Shown here in pieces: positions 60,751-64,000 of a stretch of 64,000 nucleotides of DNA. Source of the stretch: Ostreococcus lucimarinus (taxonomy: Eukaryota); assembly GCA_000092065.1 (NCBI GenBank), contig CP000594.1; one strand, written 5' to 3'. Under the pieces are notes generated by a model. That model made no database searches and was not told where the DNA came from. It saw nothing but the letters and a program-made list of their open reading frames with translations. Each line of letters opens with the position of its first letter. Within the stretch, counting starts at the first letter, position 1. Both the position numbers and the translations under genes were made by a program.

Positions 60751-63700
60751 CTATACTAGGAAATCGCTATCGCCGATTAACAACTCCGTTGTCTTGGGCG
60801 AGGTTTCGTCGGCGATGAAGAAGTGGCGCTCGGCCATGTTTTCTTCGTCGCCCATGGTAGAACCGCCAAGCACAGGCGGAACAACGGAGAAAAACTTTTC
60901 AGTGACGCGTTCAAGCAACACGCCTTCGTCGACGAGATGGTTCAACGCGCGCGCAATGAGGTGAATTGGGTACGATTTGCCAAGTGCATTCACGATCCGC
61001 GTCTCCGAGGATCCCGGTTGGTTGAGCGCCACGGCGGCGGCGGCGCGTGTGCAATTTTCAAACGCCGCATTGTCGGCGAAATCCATGGCGTTCTCTGAAG
61101 GCATGGAATATACGATTTCGTTCTCGTGCGTTTCCGTTCGAAGGGCTCCACTCGAAACAAGCACGCCGAGCGCATGATGCACGTTGTACGCTCCAAGTGC
61201 TCCAAAGGTCTCGGCGACTTTCGCCACTCGAAGTTCATCGATGATGACTTGACTCGGTACCGCTGTGCCAGCTTTTTCAACAATCTTCAAGCACTTCGAT
61301 TCTACGTTCTTTAAATTTTTTGCGGGCAAGCGAAGCGTACCGACGGTTTCCACCGCGACTTCTGCACTCGCTTTCGAAGCGTCGAGAATTTCAATCTTCA
61401 CGCTGTGCATCGCCTTGACTGCGACGTTGGGCGATTTAAAGTACGTCGAATCGCCAGCACCTTGACCGTTGAACGCTTGTGGTAACGAGTCTCCCACCGA
61501 GTCAGTCGTGGTAGACATAGCAACTCTATTGTCGACCAATGCTTGGCATAGAGTGAGGACTTGCGGACCGTTCGGAGCGATGCAGGCTACAGTGTTTGGG
61601 GCGTTAGCGTCGAAGAGTGTCTGCGCGTAACTGAGCGCGTCCACTCGAGGCGAGGGCACGACGTGGTCGTGCAAATCCTTGAACGGAACTGTGATTTCCT
61701 CGTCGACGTCTGAATCATCGTAGTCACTAACGTCGTCTTCGTCGCTATCATCGCTCTCGTCCTGAAATGAGATGGCGCGTCGGCGAAGAAATGCGATTGG
61801 CGCGAGACGCGCAAGGATAATGTCGTCGTCGGCCTCAGTGAGATCTCGACCGGCTCGGATTCGACGAACTTTTTCCTCCCGTTTTTGCCTCATGCGATTG
61901 CCGTGTCGAGGTGACTTGGGCACGTCGCGTCGTGAGAGAGGATAAGGCACTGGGAAGTCATGCAAGACTGCGCGCGTAGCTTGCAAAACTTGTTTCGCGA
62001 TGCCCTCTGACCATTTTCCGGTGCAATCCCAGATTTCATCCCAGCGATCGATCGCTTCGGAACTATCCGGCGTCGGTGACGGTAAATGAGGAAGCGCACT
62101 ATCGCGCCGAGCGCGAGCGCCGCGCTCGTAAAATTCTGCCCCGATTCGAAGTATAGCGTCGTGTCTCTGGGTCTTGATATCGCCTTCGTCTTCACCTTCG
62201 CCAACGGTGAGTTGTCTCCAACGCTTTACCACCGTACGCTTCTTCACTACTGGATAACGCGAACGCCACATTGGATCAGAGTACACCACTGACGCACGAT
62301 AGTCACGTTTTTCTGCTCTCAAAGCGTTCGTTCCAGAAAGCGCGATGAAACGAATCATGCAAAACACCAAGAATTCGTCCTCTGACGGGCCAAAGATGAA
62401 TTTCTTGCGCGAGGTGGTTACACCAAATTCACCGTCGCTTTCGTCGTCATCGAACAACTCTTGCGGAGCGACTCTACTATCATCTATGTTTTCTTTTGCT
62501 AAGGCGCTCGATGGGGATTCAATGTGCGATAAAGAGTCCAATCGAAGCGTCGGTGCACGCGCTGTGTTCGCCGGCGGCATAATCGAGCGTTGCGACACAC
62601 GACTGCTTACTTTGAAGCGAGAGTAGTGCGCATACATGTTCAACGCCCTAGCCGCCACGTCTGATGAAACCACTCCATCTGTCACGGCTGCACATATTTT
62701 CGCATAGCAAAAATTTCGCCATGTTTGCTTGATGTGATTCAAATCGTCCGGGAGATCAAGATCTTGGGCGAGTTGCTCGACGCGAAGCGCGTCTTCGTTG
62801 GGCAACCCAGATTCTGCAAGAGATTCGATCGCCGCACCGACGAGCGATTTGTTTTCACTTGCTGAGCCATCGTTCAGATGTTCATCTTTGGTCGAAACCT
62901 CCGCGCGGACGAGCAACAGATGGAGAAGTGCGTCCCAAGCCTCTCGTAAACGATCCATGAGAATGATGCAGTTATCCAACGATAGTGCCCACTTGCGATT
63001 CCACGCGCGCACTGAAGTGATTCGAGGGTAAGTGAAGTCTATAGCCGGGTGCGCGTTATCCATCTCAGGTTTACCCTTAAACGTATTCTCTAGCGCACTC
63101 CAATATTCTCGCGCGCCGGTTTCGGTCGTGACGTCAAAATTTTCGCTCCACGAACTCTCATCCTCGGTGTCGGCAGGTTTCGTTTGAAATCGCGCGCTCT
63201 TTCTGAGCGTTAACACGAGTTCTATTGATTCAGTCGCCTCGTTATACTGAGGCACCTCGTAAAGTAATCCGAGCGTCATCAATCGCTGTGTGAGCCTGGA
63301 CATGTAATACGTCGATTGTACTTTATCACGTAATTCTCTCGGTAAATCTTTCACGAGCTTTTCGCGCAAGCCCTCGGCTTTGATGTGCTCTAAATCTTGA
63401 GCGACAATAGATTTTGACTCCGTGCTGTTCACCACTTTAATGTAAATCGAAATCGGCATTGATCCATCCAGTACGTCGCCGTTAATCGCGCCGTCCTCGG
63501 AGCCGCGCTCGAAAACGTTTGCAACCAAGTACAAGTGTAGGGCTTCGAGACGAACGAGCGCAGACTTGATGTAACCCAACCCGATAGCGTGAAAGTCGTG
63601 AAGCGTCCGGTAATTAGAGCGAATGTCAACATCGTCCTCCATGACTACGTCTCGCGTCGCGATTGCAGACGCCGGCGGCGCCGGCAACGCCTGCATCGGT

Positions 63701-64000
63701 TCGACGCGCACGACTTCACTCAAGCCAAGTTTCTTAATCGTGCGCTGCCTATGCGCTACCTCCGTCGTTTGAATGTCATCTTTCAGCGCCTCGATAAAAG
63801 CCGCATCCTCGGCGCTCGCCGGATCAAATGGGTAGTCAATGTGAAACAGAATCTTGTCTGGCGGACGTTCCGTCACACTCCACGCGATCTCGCGCACGAC
63901 GCCTTCGCCGTTACGAACGACGTTATCGACGATCGCATTGATACTTTTCTTGTCGACAGCCTTATACAATCCGCCTTCGGCGGCGGCGAGCCACGTGCTC
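60751..64000 (-). CDS. Large conserved-looking hypothetical protein, 5'-partial (more than 1080 aa; the N-terminus lies beyond the window edge)
   Basis: The frame is open from the stop at 60751 to the window edge. Composition is non-repetitive and globular-looking. An acidic Ser/Asp stretch (DESDDSDEDDVSDYDDSDVDEE) is present. GC is about 50%. No family confidently recognised. Confidence 0.45.
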   Translation of the reverse strand, partial: STWLAAAEGGLYKAVDKKSINAIVDNVVRNGEGVVREIAWSVTERPPDKILFHIDYPFDPASAEDAAFIEALKDDIQTTEVAHRQRTIKKLGLSEVVRVEPMQALPAPPASAIATRDVVMEDDVDIRSNYRTLHDFHAIGLGYIKSALVRLEALHLYLVANVFERGSEDGAINGDVLDGSMPISIYIKVVNSTESKSIVAQDLEHIKAEGLREKLVKDLPRELRDKVQSTYYMSRLTQRLMTLGLLYEVPQYNEATESIELVLTLRKSARFQTKPADTEDESSWSENFDVTTETGAREYWSALENTFKGKPEMDNAHPAIDFTYPRITSVRAWNRKWALSLDNCIILMDRLREAWDALLHLLLVRAEVSTKDEHLNDGSASENKSLVGAAIESLAESGLPNEDALRVEQLAQDLDLPDDLNHIKQTWRNFCYAKICAAVTDGVVSSDVAARALNMYAHYSRFKVSSRVSQRSIMPPANTARAPTLRLDSLSHIESPSSALAKENIDDSRVAPQELFDDDESDGEFGVTTSRKKFIFGPSEDEFLVFCMIRFIALSGTNALRAEKRDYRASVVYSDPMWRSRYPVVKKRTVVKRWRQLTVGEGEDEGDIKTQRHDAILRIGAEFYERGARARRDSALPHLPSPTPDSSEAIDRWDEIWDCTGKWSEGIAKQVLQATRAVLHDFPVPYPLSRRDVPKSPRHGNRMRQKREEKVRRIRAGRDLTEADDDIILARLAPIAFLRRRAISFQDESDDSDEDDVSDYDDSDVDEEITVPFKDLHDHVVPSPRVDALSYAQTLFDANAPNTVACIAPNGPQVLTLCQALVDNRVAMSTTTDSVGDSLPQAFNGQGAGDSTYFKSPNVAVKAMHSVKIEILDASKASAEVAVETVGTLRLPAKNLKNVESKCLKIVEKAGTAVPSQVIIDELRVAKVAETFGALGAYNVHHALGVLVSSGALRTETHENEIVYSMPSENAMDFADNAAFENCTRAAAAVALNQPGSSETRIVNALGKSYPIHLIARALNHLVDEGVLLERVTEKFFSVVPPVLGGSTMGDEENMAERHFFIADETSPKTTELLIGDSDFLV

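Overview
High-GC (about 65%), very gene-dense nuclear DNA from a eukaryotic chromosome end. The window opens with 18 perfect CCCTAAA telomere repeats (the TTTAGGG type), and the first gene lies only about 0.5 kb inward. About 40 protein-coding genes are packed at roughly one per 1.6 kb, with frequent head-to-head pairs and convergent 3' ends separated by 11-50 bp. Most genes are single-exon. The six introns I can support (NDK, RPL37a, Sec1, CCT-eta, a small Zn-finger gene, plus a possible one in the C2-domain gene) are short (50-274 nt), lie near the 5' end, start with GTGCGT, GTACGT or GTGATG, and carry a CTGAC branch motif 25-40 nt before the AG. The encoded set includes ARC6, a PAO/TIC55 Rieske oxygenase, plastid-type aspartate carbamoyltransferase, a Rubisco-LSMT-like SET protein, UDP-xylose synthase, a GT77-like glycosyltransferase and a Golgi sulfotransferase. 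Together with the telomere type, this points to a GC-rich green alga, probably Mamiellophyceae-like (Micromonas/Ostreococcus); that placement is inferred. The most striking feature is a single 6.5-kb ORF (49640-56137, minus strand) for a membrane-anchored protein of about 12 tandem SPRY-like domains. It is built from two blocks of near-identical 1005-bp GC-rich tandem repeats flanking a diverged, lower-GC core. Other notable points are lower-GC islands inside the high-GC background, a 42-bp tandem duplication that creates upstream ATGs in front of the glucosidase II beta gene, two divergent genes whose start codons share one CCATGG, a 6-nt coding micro-exon in CCT-eta, a repeated CSWCG Cys module protein, and abundant coding triplet microsatellites. 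The ORF track uses GTG/TTG/CTG starts shown as M, so CDS starts were re-derived from the first plausible ATG and homology. No prokaryotic-style system, CRISPR array or recognisable mobile element is present.
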